A stretch of 37,199 nt of DNA from an uncultured bacterium (lineage in GTDB: Bacteria > SAR324 > NAC60-12), in the NCBI GenBank assembly GCA_965662845.1, contig CBFIJD010000006.1, positions 1 through 37,199 on the forward strand. The letters run 5' to 3'. The notes beneath the pieces are model-generated. The model saw only the letters and a list, made by a program, of their open reading frames with translations. It was not told the DNA's origin and ran no database searches. Positions within the stretch are counted from its first letter, which is position 1, and each line of letters starts with the position of its first letter. Shown piece by piece: positions 17,656 through 29,864 of the stretch. The translations under genes and the position numbers were made by a program.

Positions 17656-18531
17656 TTAGCTCCTCCCTTGAGCGCGTTCCACCGACGTGCGGAGGGCGCG
17701 GATGGTTAATTCTTTGACGAGTGAGTATTTGTATTCTGCGGAGCCACGGAGGTCGTCTCCGGGGCTGGAGGCGTCGGCCGCGAGCTGTCCGGCTTCCACA
17801 TAGAGCGCCTCGTCGGGTTGCTTGCCAAGGAGCAGCGCTTCCGCGTCTGCGGCTCGGGTGGGCAGCGGCGCGACGTTGGTCAGCCCGATGCCCGCTTGGG
17901 CGATGGTTCCGTCCGCTGCGAGCGTCACCTGAACCGCGACGGCGGCGGCGGCGTAGTCACCGACTTTGCGCTCAATTTTCAGGTAGCAACCGCCGCTGTT
18001 GGGGGGCGGAATCGGGATGCGAATCTCGGTGAGGATGTCGCCGTGCTCAACGGCAGTGGAGAAGAAGTCTGTGAAGAACTCGTCAATGGGGACGGTGCGT
18101 GACCCATCTTGTGAGGCAATCTCAATCTCCGCGCGGTAAGCCAGCATCGTCGCAGGGTGGTCATTCGCGGGGTCACCGTGCGCGAGGTTCCCCCCGACGG
18201 TAGCGAGGTTGCGCACTTGTGGATCCGCGATCATCTTGGTGGTGTCGACCAGCAGCGGATAACGCTCGGTGATCCAGTCCAGCTCTTCAAGGGCAGCTTC
18301 TCGCGCCATTGCGCCAATCTTCAGAAAGTGGCTTTCTTCCTTGATGTAATCCAGCCCTGCAATGTGTCCAATGTCGATCAGGTGTGTTGGTTCAGCAAAG
18401 CGCAAGCGCATCGCTGGGATCAGACTGTGTCCGCCAGCCAAAATTTTTGCCTCATCGCCGTACTCATGGAGGAGCGCGATCGCTTCCGGCAGCGTAGTCG
18501 GCGCGAAATACTCAAAACTCGAAGGTATCAT
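17656..18531 (-). CDS. coxM: Form I CODH FAD-binding medium subunit
   Basis: MIP..FEY, ILAGGHSLIP, IADPQVRN..TVGG..AHGDPANDHPA, ERKVGDYA and DLRGSAEYK. Confidence 0.95.
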   Translation of the reverse strand: MIPSSFEYFAPTTLPEAIALLHEYGDEAKILAGGHSLIPAMRLRFAEPTHLIDIGHIAGLDYIKEESHFLKIGAMAREAALEELDWITERYPLLVDTTKMIADPQVRNLATVGGNLAHGDPANDHPATMLAYRAEIEIASQDGSRTVPIDEFFTDFFSTAVEHGDILTEIRIPIPPPNSGGCYLKIERKVGDYAAAAVAVQVTLAADGTIAQAGIGLTNVAPLPTRAADAEALLLGKQPDEALYVEAGQLAADASSPGDDLRGSAEYKYSLVKELTIRALRTSVERAQGRS

Positions 18532-18606
18532 GTGGGGTCTCCCTGTAGACCGAGGTCAGTGTTGCTCTCGTGAAATCGCAGACAAACGCATAGGTATTTC
18601 AACGGG

Positions 18607-18823
18607 TTGATAGTGACTAATTTGTCACACAAAAAAGCAAACCACTTTGTCGAACGGAATGCAAGCCTTGTGGGTCAGCGGCGGGAGCGGTTGGCTGGCA
18701 AGCTAGAGCAAAAAACAAAAACAAATTTCTTTTGCTACGACAGTTTTCTTTTTGTTGTTTTTTAGAACCTGAAAAGACGGCGCTTTTTCTGTTTGATAGC
18801 GAATAAATTTGTCACACAAAAAA
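18607..18823. promoter_or_regulatory. Duplicated motif upstream of coxM (candidate operator pair) flanking A/T tracts
   Basis: Perfect 18-mer AATTTGTCACACAAAAAA at 18619-18636 and 18806-18823, each preceded by TTGATAG. The proximal copy contains the inverted repeat GTGAC-N6-GTCAC. Confidence 0.6.
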
Positions 18824-19015
18824 CAACTCGCGTCTGCAGGGAGGATTGTGCAGGAGCATTTTTTCTGAAAGTTTTTTGCAGAGAGCCGTTGGGCCTAAGG
18901 AGAGTTGGAGGAGGAGGGGGAGGAGAGAGAGCGTTTGCAGGTGTCACAGAGGACAGTCGAGTGGCCGGCCAAGGTCCTCTTGCGCGAGTTCAGCGACCGG
19001 CCTTCGTATTGCGCT

Positions 19016-19126
19016 TTAATCAAAGGTAATGTCTGGGACAAGTACGGCTTCCAGCATCTGAATGCCCAAAATGAGTACAAGTACGGCAACGACCCAGATC
19101 AGCAATTTGGCTCCGTCGTTATTCAT
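19016..19126 (-). CDS. Small single-pass membrane protein, 36 aa
   Basis: MNNDGAKLLIWVVAVLVLILGIQMLEAVLVPDITFD. GAAGAGGT RBS before ATG 19126, one long hydrophobic stretch, intergenic position. Confidence 0.6.
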   Translation of the reverse strand: MNNDGAKLLIWVVAVLVLILGIQMLEAVLVPDITFD

Positions 19127-19374
19127 GGTGACCTCTTCAACAAAATATTCAGCAGGATGTCCTTCGGATCCGCCGGAGACTAGCAATCTTGTCGGCAAAA
19201 AACATCCCGTAATTTACAGTCGTTTACCACAAGCAAGAGCGCCTCCACTCTGTAAATATCTTCTTTTGCGAGCCGTCACGCTGCTGCCCAGCTTGTGCAG
19301 AGGGAAGGTCGAGCGGGATGGGTCTGCTCCTCACCACTCCACGCCTCAACCTAGGCGCTCTTGGGAATCGCGCT

Positions 19375-20313
19375 TCATGCAGAGCGACCGAACTCAGAGC
19401 GGAGGGCCCGCCGCATCAACTGCGTGACCGCCGTTTGTGGCGCGACCTCGCCTTCAAGGACGGAGGCCACCGCCTCTGCAATCGGCACCGAGAGTCCGTG
19501 TCGTTGCGCGTGCCGGACTACGACGCGCACCGTGTTGACACCTTCGGCGGTCCCTTCCAGCGTTGCTAGCACTTGCGACAGGCTCTCACCTTGCCCTAGA
19601 CGAAAACCGACCTGATAGTTGCGGGAACGCGGGCTGTGACAGCTCGTTAGCACATCCCCCAAGCCTGAGAGCCCCCAGAACGTCTCTGCTTGTGCGCCGC
19701 GATACATTCCAAACCGCATCATCTCGGGTAGCGCGCGAGTGATGAGCGCCGCTTTGGCGTTCGCGCCAAGCTCGAGTCCATCACAAATGCCTGCGGCAAT
19801 CGCCATGATGTTTTTGAGGATGCCCCCAAGCTCGGTGCCAATGGGGTCATCGTTGCCATACACGCGAAATTGTTCAGAGGCGAACAAGTCCTGCACCTGC
19901 CCGACCGCAGCTTCATCATAAGAGGACGCCACGGCGGCGGCGGGCAAACCTTGTTGAATTTCCGACGCCAAATTCGGCCCCGACAACACAACCAAGGACG
20001 CCTCCGGGAACGCATCGCGCCAGATTTCAAAAGGCGTGGCTTCGGTCTCTGCGTCTAAGCCTTTCGTCGCGCTCACCAGCACTCTCGGTGGAGCGGCCCC
20101 TTCGCGTAAGAGAAAATCTCGGGTTGGCCGAACGCCCACCATCGAGACCGCGACAATCCAAATCGGGGAGCCATGCAGTTGAGTCATCACATCGTCTGGC
20201 AGGGGACGCCCCAACAGCTGTGTGGTGTACCCGTTGTGTTCGATCAATTTACGGAGCGTTTGTCCCCACGCACCGGTTCCAAAAATCGTCGTGATGAAAG
20301 GAGGAGTCAGCAT
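19375..20313 (-). CDS. gpsA: NAD(P)H-dependent glycerol-3-phosphate dehydrogenase
   Basis: GTGAWG, ATKGL, LSGPNLA, GTELGGILKN, GLSGLGD, SRN and AEGV. Confidence 0.95.
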   Translation of the reverse strand: MLTPPFITTIFGTGAWGQTLRKLIEHNGYTTQLLGRPLPDDVMTQLHGSPIWIVAVSMVGVRPTRDFLLREGAAPPRVLVSATKGLDAETEATPFEIWRDAFPEASLVVLSGPNLASEIQQGLPAAAVASSYDEAAVGQVQDLFASEQFRVYGNDDPIGTELGGILKNIMAIAAGICDGLELGANAKAALITRALPEMMRFGMYRGAQAETFWGLSGLGDVLTSCHSPRSRNYQVGFRLGQGESLSQVLATLEGTAEGVNTVRVVVRHAQRHGLSVPIAEAVASVLEGEVAPQTAVTQLMRRALRSEFGRSA

Positions 20314-20440
20314 GGTGATCAGGGTTAGGGGAAGGTTTCGCTGGTGGGGGAAGTGGCTGGGCTTCGTGCGTTTCTCTCCGTTGGCTTAGAGACGAACGCC
20401 TGCGGCTTCCATCGGAGGTGTTCTTCGTTGGGTTTCTTGG

Positions 20441-20466
20441 CAACAACCCCGCCTGACGGCGGGGCT
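20441..20466 (-). terminator. Intrinsic terminator-like hairpin after acnA
   Basis: Minus strand reads AGCCCCGCC-GTCA-GGCGGGGTT followed by GTTG, 8 nt past the acnA stop. Confidence 0.6.
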
Positions 20467-20474
20467 GGGCGGCA

Positions 20475-23153
<2,679 letters not shown>

Positions 23154-23481
23154 AGTTCTCTGTTGGTGTGAGAGGTTGGTCAGTGAATGTCCTCCGAACA
23201 TTCAGGATGGAGCTTGAGGGCAGTGAGTCCAGTCAGGGCAGGCTCAGAATTCCTGCCGCCGCGCGGAGTGTAGAAGGCACGCTCAACCGATGATTCAGCG
23301 CTTGGAAACTCCCCCAAAACGCGCTCAATGTAAGGTAGCGCCAAAACAAGACAAGTTTTTCAGGAAGGCGCAAGGGGTGATTCGTAACGAAAAGCGTTTT
23401 TTGAACGGGGAGCGCCTCACACGCCTGCGCACACAGAGACGGGCCCCGTGGGCTCATGAGACGTCGATGGCTCCCCCACAA

Positions 23482-26400
23482 TCACCCCACGCTCGGAAGC
23501 CGCTGCACCGCCACCGTCAACATGGTCAAGTCCACGGCGGTTTGTTGCTGCAGCTGTCGCAGCGTTTGGAGGTATGTCTGCAGCGGCGCGCCGAGTCGGG
23601 ACTGCAGGCGTTCCAAAACGACTTCTGGCGTCAAGTTCGACAGGGTGTCGGCGGCAAATTCGCGATACGCCAGCAGCAACAGCTGGACTTTGCGCGTGCC
23701 CACGGTCTGCTCCAGCAGCTCTTGCTGCGTAAGCTCCCACTCGTTGTTGGGCTCCAGCGACTGCAGCGTCTGTTGCAGCCACTCAAACTCCAGCGCCGAC
23801 GTCACCAGCAGGATCAACTGTCGCGCTTGCGGCACGCTCAAGTCGCTGTTCTGACGCAAGTAGATCACCTCCGGCGCGACCCGCAGCTCTGGCAACTTGG
23901 CGAGATGTGCGGCCATGTCGGCGGCAAAACCCAGCTCCTGCCAGCGTTGCGCTTCTTCTGCGGGCGCTTCGCCTGAGGACTGCAGCAGCTCCTGCAGCAG
24001 GGCACGGTAGACGGGAATTTGTGGGAACGACAGCCGCTGCCCGGTCTCTTGAAGCAGATGCTCCACCAGCTGCTCTAAGGTCTGTTCTAACGCGATGCAG
24101 GCTTCGTAGCGCGAGGACTCCGTCACCTCCGCTTGCAACAATTTCTCGCGGAAAGCAACGGCGTCCAAGCTGGCTTCACAAATCAGATACGCCTGCGCGA
24201 TCTCAGGGACGCTGCGTCCAGTCCCTTGCTGCACGCGCAAGAAGAACGCGCTCCCTGCTTGGTTCACCAGCCGGTTGGTGAGCACGGTGAAGATGATTTC
24301 TTTGCGCAGCTGGTGACGCTGCAGCGCTTCTTCAGGGAACTTGGCACGGAGCGACGCCGGCAGGTAATCCAGGTAGAGCTGCGCGAGCAAGTTCGGTTCT
24401 TCGTCTGCGAAGGGCGCTGCGAGCAGATCGGAGTGCACCAGCGCTTCATAAGCAAACATCTTCACATACGCTTGCAGCACGGCGAGCACGGGGCGCGGCA
24501 TGGGCTCGTTACGCTGCTCCATCTGTTGCAAGGCGCGGCTCTCTGGGATGTATTCACTGCGCGCGTTCATGCCCTGCTCGGTCAGCTCTTGAATCAGCAG
24601 CCGATACCAACGGAAGTGTCGCTGCGAGCGCAGCCGGTCCATGGAGAGCAAGCGGTGCTGTCCGCGATTGTTAGCGAGGACAAGCTCGGCGACTTCGTCC
24701 GTGGCTTGTTCCAGCACTTGGTTGCGCTCGTCAACGCTGCTGAGCAGCCCTTCGCGCAGGAGCTGCTGCAACAGGATTTTGAGGTTGACCTCATAGTCGG
24801 ACATGTTCACCCCTGCCGAGTTGTCGATCGCGTCGGTGTTCAGCAGCCCTTGTTCGCGGCTGAATTCGATGCGAGCTTGCTGCGTGAGCCCCAAGTTCGC
24901 GCCTTCTCCCACGACCCGCGCGCGCAGCTCTGCGGCGTTGATGCGCACCGCGTCGTTCGCTTGGTCTCCCACTTGGAGCTGCGACTGGTTCCCCGCCTTG
25001 ACATAAGTGCCAATCCCACCAAACCAGATCAAATCTGCTGGCATGCGCAGCACCGCTTGCACGACCTCTTCGCCGGTCATCACGTCACGCTCGACTTGCA
25101 GCATCTCTTTCACCGCTGGCGACAACCGCACCTCTTTGGCTTTGCGGTCAAACACGCCGCCGCCCTCGCTGATGCGGTCTGCGGAGTAGTCTTTCCAAGT
25201 TGAGCGCGGCAACGCAAACAGGCGCTGGCGCTCCTCCCACGAAGTGGCCGGATCGGGGTTGGGATCGAGGAAGATGTGCAGGTGATTGAACGCCGCGCGC
25301 AGCGCCAGGGTGCGGCTGAGCAGCATGCCGTTGCCGAAGACGTCGCCGCTCATGTCGCCGATGCCGATCACGGTCGTGCGCTCTGTTTGGATGTCGTGCC
25401 CTTGCTCGCGGAAGTGCAGCTTGACGCACTCCCACGCGCCACGCGCCGTGATCCCGACCCGCTTGTGGTCATAGCCGTTGGAACCGCCAGAGGCGAAGGC
25501 GTCGCCGAGCCAGAAGGCATTGCGCTGCGAGACGCTGTTTGCCAAGTCGGAGAAGGTCGCGGTGCCTTTGTCGGCGGCGACTACCAGATATGGGTCGTTG
25601 CCATCATAGCGAATGGTCTGCGCCGGGTGCCGCACCTGTCCGTCGGCGTCACGGTTGTCGGTCACGTCGAGCAAGCCTTGGATGAAGCGCTGATATTGAG
25701 CGCGGACTTCCGTTTGCGCTTCTTCGCGCGACGCGGGCAGCTGCTTGATGACAAAGCCGCCTTTGGAGCCGACGGGCACGATCACGACGTTCTTCGTCTG
25801 CTGCGTCTTGACCAGCCCGAGCACCTCGGTGCGGAAATCTTCGGGGCGGTCCGAGTAACGCAGCCCGCCGCGGGCGACAGGCCCAAAGCGCAAGTGTGTG
25901 CCTTCTAGGTTGACGTCGTGCACATAAATCTCGCGATACGGCACGGGGACCGGCATTTGCTCCACGCGGCTGGAGTCCAGCTTGAGCGCGATGAGCGTGT
26001 GGTGTCCGTCCGCGTGTTGGTAGAAGTTCGTGCGCAGCGTGCTCTCAATCAGGTTGAGCAACCGGCGGAAGACTAAGTCGTCGTTGACCTCTTGCACATG
26101 CTGCAGCCCCTCGCGGAAGCGCTGCTGCACCTGCGACCACAGCACTTGCCCACGATAGACAGCGTCCCCAAAGCGAGATTCTGGCGAGAAGCGGGTGTGG
26201 AAAGCCTCGAACAGCAGGCGGCTCATCGCTGGGTGCTGTAGCAGCGCTTGGTTGAGGACGTTGCGGCTGAGGTTGCCGCCCAACTGACGATACAGGTTGC
26301 GATACGCCTGCAGCACGTTGACCTCGCGCCAAGACAAGCCTGCGGTCAACACCAGCGCGTTGAGGCGATCGTTCTCGGTGCGGCGTTCAAACACCGCCGT

Positions 26401-28269
26401 GAGGAGCCCCGTCAGCCCAGCGCGGTGGGTCTCTTCGTCAATGCGGCGGCCGTCGCTGTGCGTCACCCGAAACGTCTGTAAAAATCCCAAGTTGTGCTCT
26501 CCGTCGGGCGTGCCGATGCGCGTGGCGAGCTGATCAACCACATACAGCCCTGCGTTTTGCAAAATCGGCATGATCTCGATCAAGTGAATCCGACGCAGGC
26601 TGTAGACGCTCAGCAGCGAGAGCGGCGTGTTCAGCGATGTCGCGGTCCGAAACGATTTGAGGTCAAAGTGAACACCCGCGCTCGGATCCAGCCGCTCAAT
26701 CTGCAAAATGTCTCGTGCGGCCGTCGTTGGGCTGACGCGCACTCGATATTGATCTGGCAGCAGCGGCAAGTAGCGCTCAAACACCTCACGCCCTTGAGTC
26801 CCTTGGGCCTGCTCTACCAGCGCCTCGCGGAAGCGCTCTTCCCACGGTTTGAGCAGCGCGCTCAGCTCGGATTCTAAGAGCGCGAGGTTGGGTTCCCAGT
26901 CCGCGCTGAGCAACTCAAAATACAAATGAATGCGGCTCTTCTCCTCGCCGAAGGCCTGAATAAACTCGCTGGACTGATGCGGCACCTGCGCTTTTGAGAA
27001 CGTGACGATGCGCTGCACATTGGCGGGCGTGTAGAGTTGCGTCGGCAGCACAACGAGCAAATGCAGGGTAGGGACATTGCCTTGGGACGTGCCGTTGCCC
27101 AGCCGGAAGCAGTAGATGCGGCTGGGGTCGCTGATGAACAGGAGCGTGTCTATCAGCTGCAACAGCTCTTCGGTGGGAGCGCGGAAGAGCTCAAACTTAG
27201 GCATCCCGCTGAAGGCGCGGATCACTTCGTTGTAGTTGTAGCTGTGGGGTCGCATGCGGCGGGCTTCAAAGATCGCGAGGATCTTCTCTCGAATCAGCGG
27301 CGTCTCCAAGTTCCGCGCTTGCAGAGACGTCTTCCGCAACAGTCCCACCAGCACAGACTCTGTCGTTGTGCCATCGGCTTCGGCAAACTTCAGGCGCAGG
27401 CACATCAATGGCTCAAAGCGCTGCGCAGGGCTGAGGAAGCGCAAGCGATCCATGACAAACGGCGCAGGGGCGTCCCGATAGCGCCACAGATGAGCTTGCA
27501 GCGTCTCTCGGAGGGCTGCGCTCTCCCAAGCTTGGTGGTCTTGCAGCATGCCCAGCGCAGACTCATCGACCAGTTGGCTCTGCTCGCCTGCGTGGCGACA
27601 CTCGATGTAACCAAAGAGCGAGAAGTTGTCTTCGTGCAGCCAGTCCAGCAGCTGCTGCCACGCGGCTGTGCCTTCTGGGGCTTGGACTTCCATTTGTTCT
27701 AGCTGGGCGCTCATGCGTGGTCGAATCTCTTGCAGCGCTGGCATGTCTAGTCGGACGCGGTGCAACGCGTCAATATGCTGTGGCAAGCGCTGATGCAGCT
27801 GTTGCAGTCGCTCTTCGTCGGCGGTGTCTTCGATCTCCAGATAGATCTGGTCGAACGTCACGACTTCTTGGTGCATGTCTTCCACCACCAGCCACTCGTC
27901 GCCATCGCAGCGAACCGGCAGCATCGGGTGCAGTTTCAGCGTGACGCGGCCGTTGAGCGCGCGCAGCAGCTCTTCCACCGTGAGCAGTTGGAACTTCATG
28001 TCTGGCTGCACCACCTCGATCACAATCCGCCCCGTCGCGCGCCCGGCTCCCCGCTGCACCACGACAATCCCCTGTTGACGAGTCGCCTCCTGAAACACGC
28101 GGAAGCGCTCCTGCAAAAAGTCGCTCCACTCTGGCAAACTGAACTGACGCCACAGCGCGTTTGAGAGCGTGCGCAAGAGGTGACGAGAGAACAGCAACAG
28201 CTGACGATTTTCGGGGAGCCCTGAGAGCACCTGCTCCATTTGTTCTGCGGACATGGGCAACAAAGACAT
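23482..28269 (-). CDS. gdhB: Large (~1600 aa) NAD-specific glutamate dehydrogenase
   Basis: HLRFGPVARGGLRYSDR, KNVVIVPVGSKGGF, YLVVAADKGTATFSD, GIGDMSGDVFGNG and GEGANLG. ATG 28269 has a GGAGGT RBS. Confidence 0.93.
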   Translation of the reverse strand: MSLLPMSAEQMEQVLSGLPENRQLLLFSRHLLRTLSNALWRQFSLPEWSDFLQERFRVFQEATRQQGIVVVQRGAGRATGRIVIEVVQPDMKFQLLTVEELLRALNGRVTLKLHPMLPVRCDGDEWLVVEDMHQEVVTFDQIYLEIEDTADEERLQQLHQRLPQHIDALHRVRLDMPALQEIRPRMSAQLEQMEVQAPEGTAAWQQLLDWLHEDNFSLFGYIECRHAGEQSQLVDESALGMLQDHQAWESAALRETLQAHLWRYRDAPAPFVMDRLRFLSPAQRFEPLMCLRLKFAEADGTTTESVLVGLLRKTSLQARNLETPLIREKILAIFEARRMRPHSYNYNEVIRAFSGMPKFELFRAPTEELLQLIDTLLFISDPSRIYCFRLGNGTSQGNVPTLHLLVVLPTQLYTPANVQRIVTFSKAQVPHQSSEFIQAFGEEKSRIHLYFELLSADWEPNLALLESELSALLKPWEERFREALVEQAQGTQGREVFERYLPLLPDQYRVRVSPTTAARDILQIERLDPSAGVHFDLKSFRTATSLNTPLSLLSVYSLRRIHLIEIMPILQNAGLYVVDQLATRIGTPDGEHNLGFLQTFRVTHSDGRRIDEETHRAGLTGLLTAVFERRTENDRLNALVLTAGLSWREVNVLQAYRNLYRQLGGNLSRNVLNQALLQHPAMSRLLFEAFHTRFSPESRFGDAVYRGQVLWSQVQQRFREGLQHVQEVNDDLVFRRLLNLIESTLRTNFYQHADGHHTLIALKLDSSRVEQMPVPVPYREIYVHDVNLEGTHLRFGPVARGGLRYSDRPEDFRTEVLGLVKTQQTKNVVIVPVGSKGGFVIKQLPASREEAQTEVRAQYQRFIQGLLDVTDNRDADGQVRHPAQTIRYDGNDPYLVVAADKGTATFSDLANSVSQRNAFWLGDAFASGGSNGYDHKRVGITARGAWECVKLHFREQGHDIQTERTTVIGIGDMSGDVFGNGMLLSRTLALRAAFNHLHIFLDPNPDPATSWEERQRLFALPRSTWKDYSADRISEGGGVFDRKAKEVRLSPAVKEMLQVERDVMTGEEVVQAVLRMPADLIWFGGIGTYVKAGNQSQLQVGDQANDAVRINAAELRARVVGEGANLGLTQQARIEFSREQGLLNTDAIDNSAGVNMSDYEVNLKILLQQLLREGLLSSVDERNQVLEQATDEVAELVLANNRGQHRLLSMDRLRSQRHFRWYRLLIQELTEQGMNARSEYIPESRALQQMEQRNEPMPRPVLAVLQAYVKMFAYEALVHSDLLAAPFADEEPNLLAQLYLDYLPASLRAKFPEEALQRHQLRKEIIFTVLTNRLVNQAGSAFFLRVQQGTGRSVPEIAQAYLICEASLDAVAFREKLLQAEVTESSRYEACIALEQTLEQLVEHLLQETGQRLSFPQIPVYRALLQELLQSSGEAPAEEAQRWQELGFAADMAAHLAKLPELRVAPEVIYLRQNSDLSVPQARQLILLVTSALEFEWLQQTLQSLEPNNEWELTQQELLEQTVGTRKVQLLLLAYREFAADTLSNLTPEVVLERLQSRLGAPLQTYLQTLRQLQQQTAVDLTMLTVAVQRLPSVG

Positions 28270-28514
28270 GTGAACCTCCAAAGTAAAGAAAGAATCAACC
28301 AACTCGTAACGCAAGGACGCAGTATCCTAATTCAACCTCTGGTCGCAAGGGAACCTCGATCTGTGACCTCACCCCTAAATCCCTTCTCCATGAACAGAGA
28401 GGGAACTTTGCTCACCTCGAATTTTGGCGTGTGCTTTTTCAGGAGCATGATAAAGAGCGTGCTTCGTCGTTGTTGTTCCTCTCTTCTCTCGCACCCCTTC
28501 GTCAGGATTCCGCT

Positions 28515-29381
28515 ATGTCTGCTTCCTTGCGCTCTTCTATTGAAAGGGCAAACGCCCACTTTGCTCGCGAGTTGTTCGAGTTCTTTGACGCTGTTCAAGA
28601 GGCATTCTTGGATTGGTTCCCGAACCCGAAGCAGCCCGTGCAGCTGCAGGCCGATCGCGACCAAACCGGCCCGATGGATGTGTTTGTCCGCGAGGAGGGG
28701 CGGCGACGCAAAGAGTGGACAATCCGCGTGCTGGAACAGGCCCTCGACGTTTGTCTCTCTGAGCAATACAACCCTGACTCGGCGCCAGCCCCCATCCGCT
28801 TTCGCCACGTGGTCGCTGAGCAAATTCTGCATCGGATTCTCACGATCTTGTCGGAGCGCGGCAGCTTCACTTTCAGCGGGCTGATGTTCCTGAACGATGT
28901 CCGGCAGGCTTTGGGGTTCAACATCAAAGAAGTCAACCTCGCCATTGAGCAGGTTCAATACGAACGCCGCCGCGAATTCGCCTCTCGGCTGCTGCAGGAG
29001 CTAGAAGACTCGCAGTGCCAGTGGGTCGCGCTGATGCTCTGGAAGGCCATCCACGCCGATCGTAAGGTCGATTATCGAGAATACAAATATTTTGAGAACA
29101 TCCAGCAGCTGGTCCGCTATGACCAACGCCGCATCCACTATCTGGAAGTCGACACTTCCAAACCCGTCACCGCACCCAATCCGCCCATCTATGAAGAGTT
29201 GGTGCAAGAGGTCTTTCGCTACATCATTGAAATCGTGTTGGTTGACGAAGAGTTTGCCTCAGAAGAGGCCGACTTCATCCACGAAGTTGGTGAGCTGCTC
29301 GGCTACTCCGAGCAAGAGCGCGACGATGTCATTCAACCTGCAGTGCAGAGTTTGATGATCCGTCAGAGCTTGTTCAGCTAA
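28515..29381 (+). CDS. TerB-like domain protein
   Basis: Two TerB-type half-sites, AIHADRKVDYREY and IVLVDEEFASEEADFIHEVGELLG. ATG 28515 with an upstream AGGA. Confidence 0.6.
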   Translation: MSASLRSSIERANAHFARELFEFFDAVQEAFLDWFPNPKQPVQLQADRDQTGPMDVFVREEGRRRKEWTIRVLEQALDVCLSEQYNPDSAPAPIRFRHVVAEQILHRILTILSERGSFTFSGLMFLNDVRQALGFNIKEVNLAIEQVQYERRREFASRLLQELEDSQCQWVALMLWKAIHADRKVDYREYKYFENIQQLVRYDQRRIHYLEVDTSKPVTAPNPPIYEELVQEVFRYIIEIVLVDEEFASEEADFIHEVGELLGYSEQERDDVIQPAVQSLMIRQSLFS

Positions 29382-29468
29382 CCTGACTTTCCCTGAAATC
29401 TTTCCTTTCTCTGAAGCGGGTAACTGGCTTCCTTTCCCCCTCCTCACTTTGGGCACCGAAGAGACAAT

Positions 29469-29828
29469 ATGAAAGGTTGGATCATTTATCGACATGACGC
29501 GACACAGCTGTGGCCAGAGGCCTATGAAGTCAATCGTTTGCTGGCAGAAGCCCAACTCGATGACCTCGAACTCGAAGTGTTTCGCCCTGAGCAGTTTGAC
29601 CTGATCGTCACCCGCGAAGACGAACGGAGCATCCTCATTAACGGCGAAAAACGCGAACTCCCTGACTTCGTGCTGCCGCGCATGGGAGCAGGCACCACCT
29701 ACTTCACGCTGGCGATTCTGCGGCAGATGGAGCGCCTCGGAATTTATACGGTGAACAGTTCCACCCAAAGCGAACTCTCCTTGCGCCAAGAGTTGCACCT
29801 CTGGCAAAATCGCCTTATTGCCTCCTAA
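29469..29828 (+). pseudogene. Truncated RimK-family ligase (pre-ATP-grasp domain only)
   Basis: YEVNRL..., LPDFVLPRMGAGTTYFTLAILRQMERLG..VNSS match the RimK N-terminal domain. The expected DK motif and the ATP-grasp domain are absent, and the next gene starts 36 nt after the stop. Confidence 0.7.
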
Positions 29829-29864
29829 TCTTCCGCCCTACCGCACTCTGTTTGGAGACTTCCA

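Noticed and set aside
18532..19015. Moco riboswitch, or CRP/FNR, Rex, CooA or sigma54 site upstream of coxM
   Set aside because: Half-site spacings do not match those consensuses (N8 rather than N6; GG-GC spacing off by one), and I could not build a Moco RNA fold by eye. An Rfam cmscan would settle the riboswitch question.
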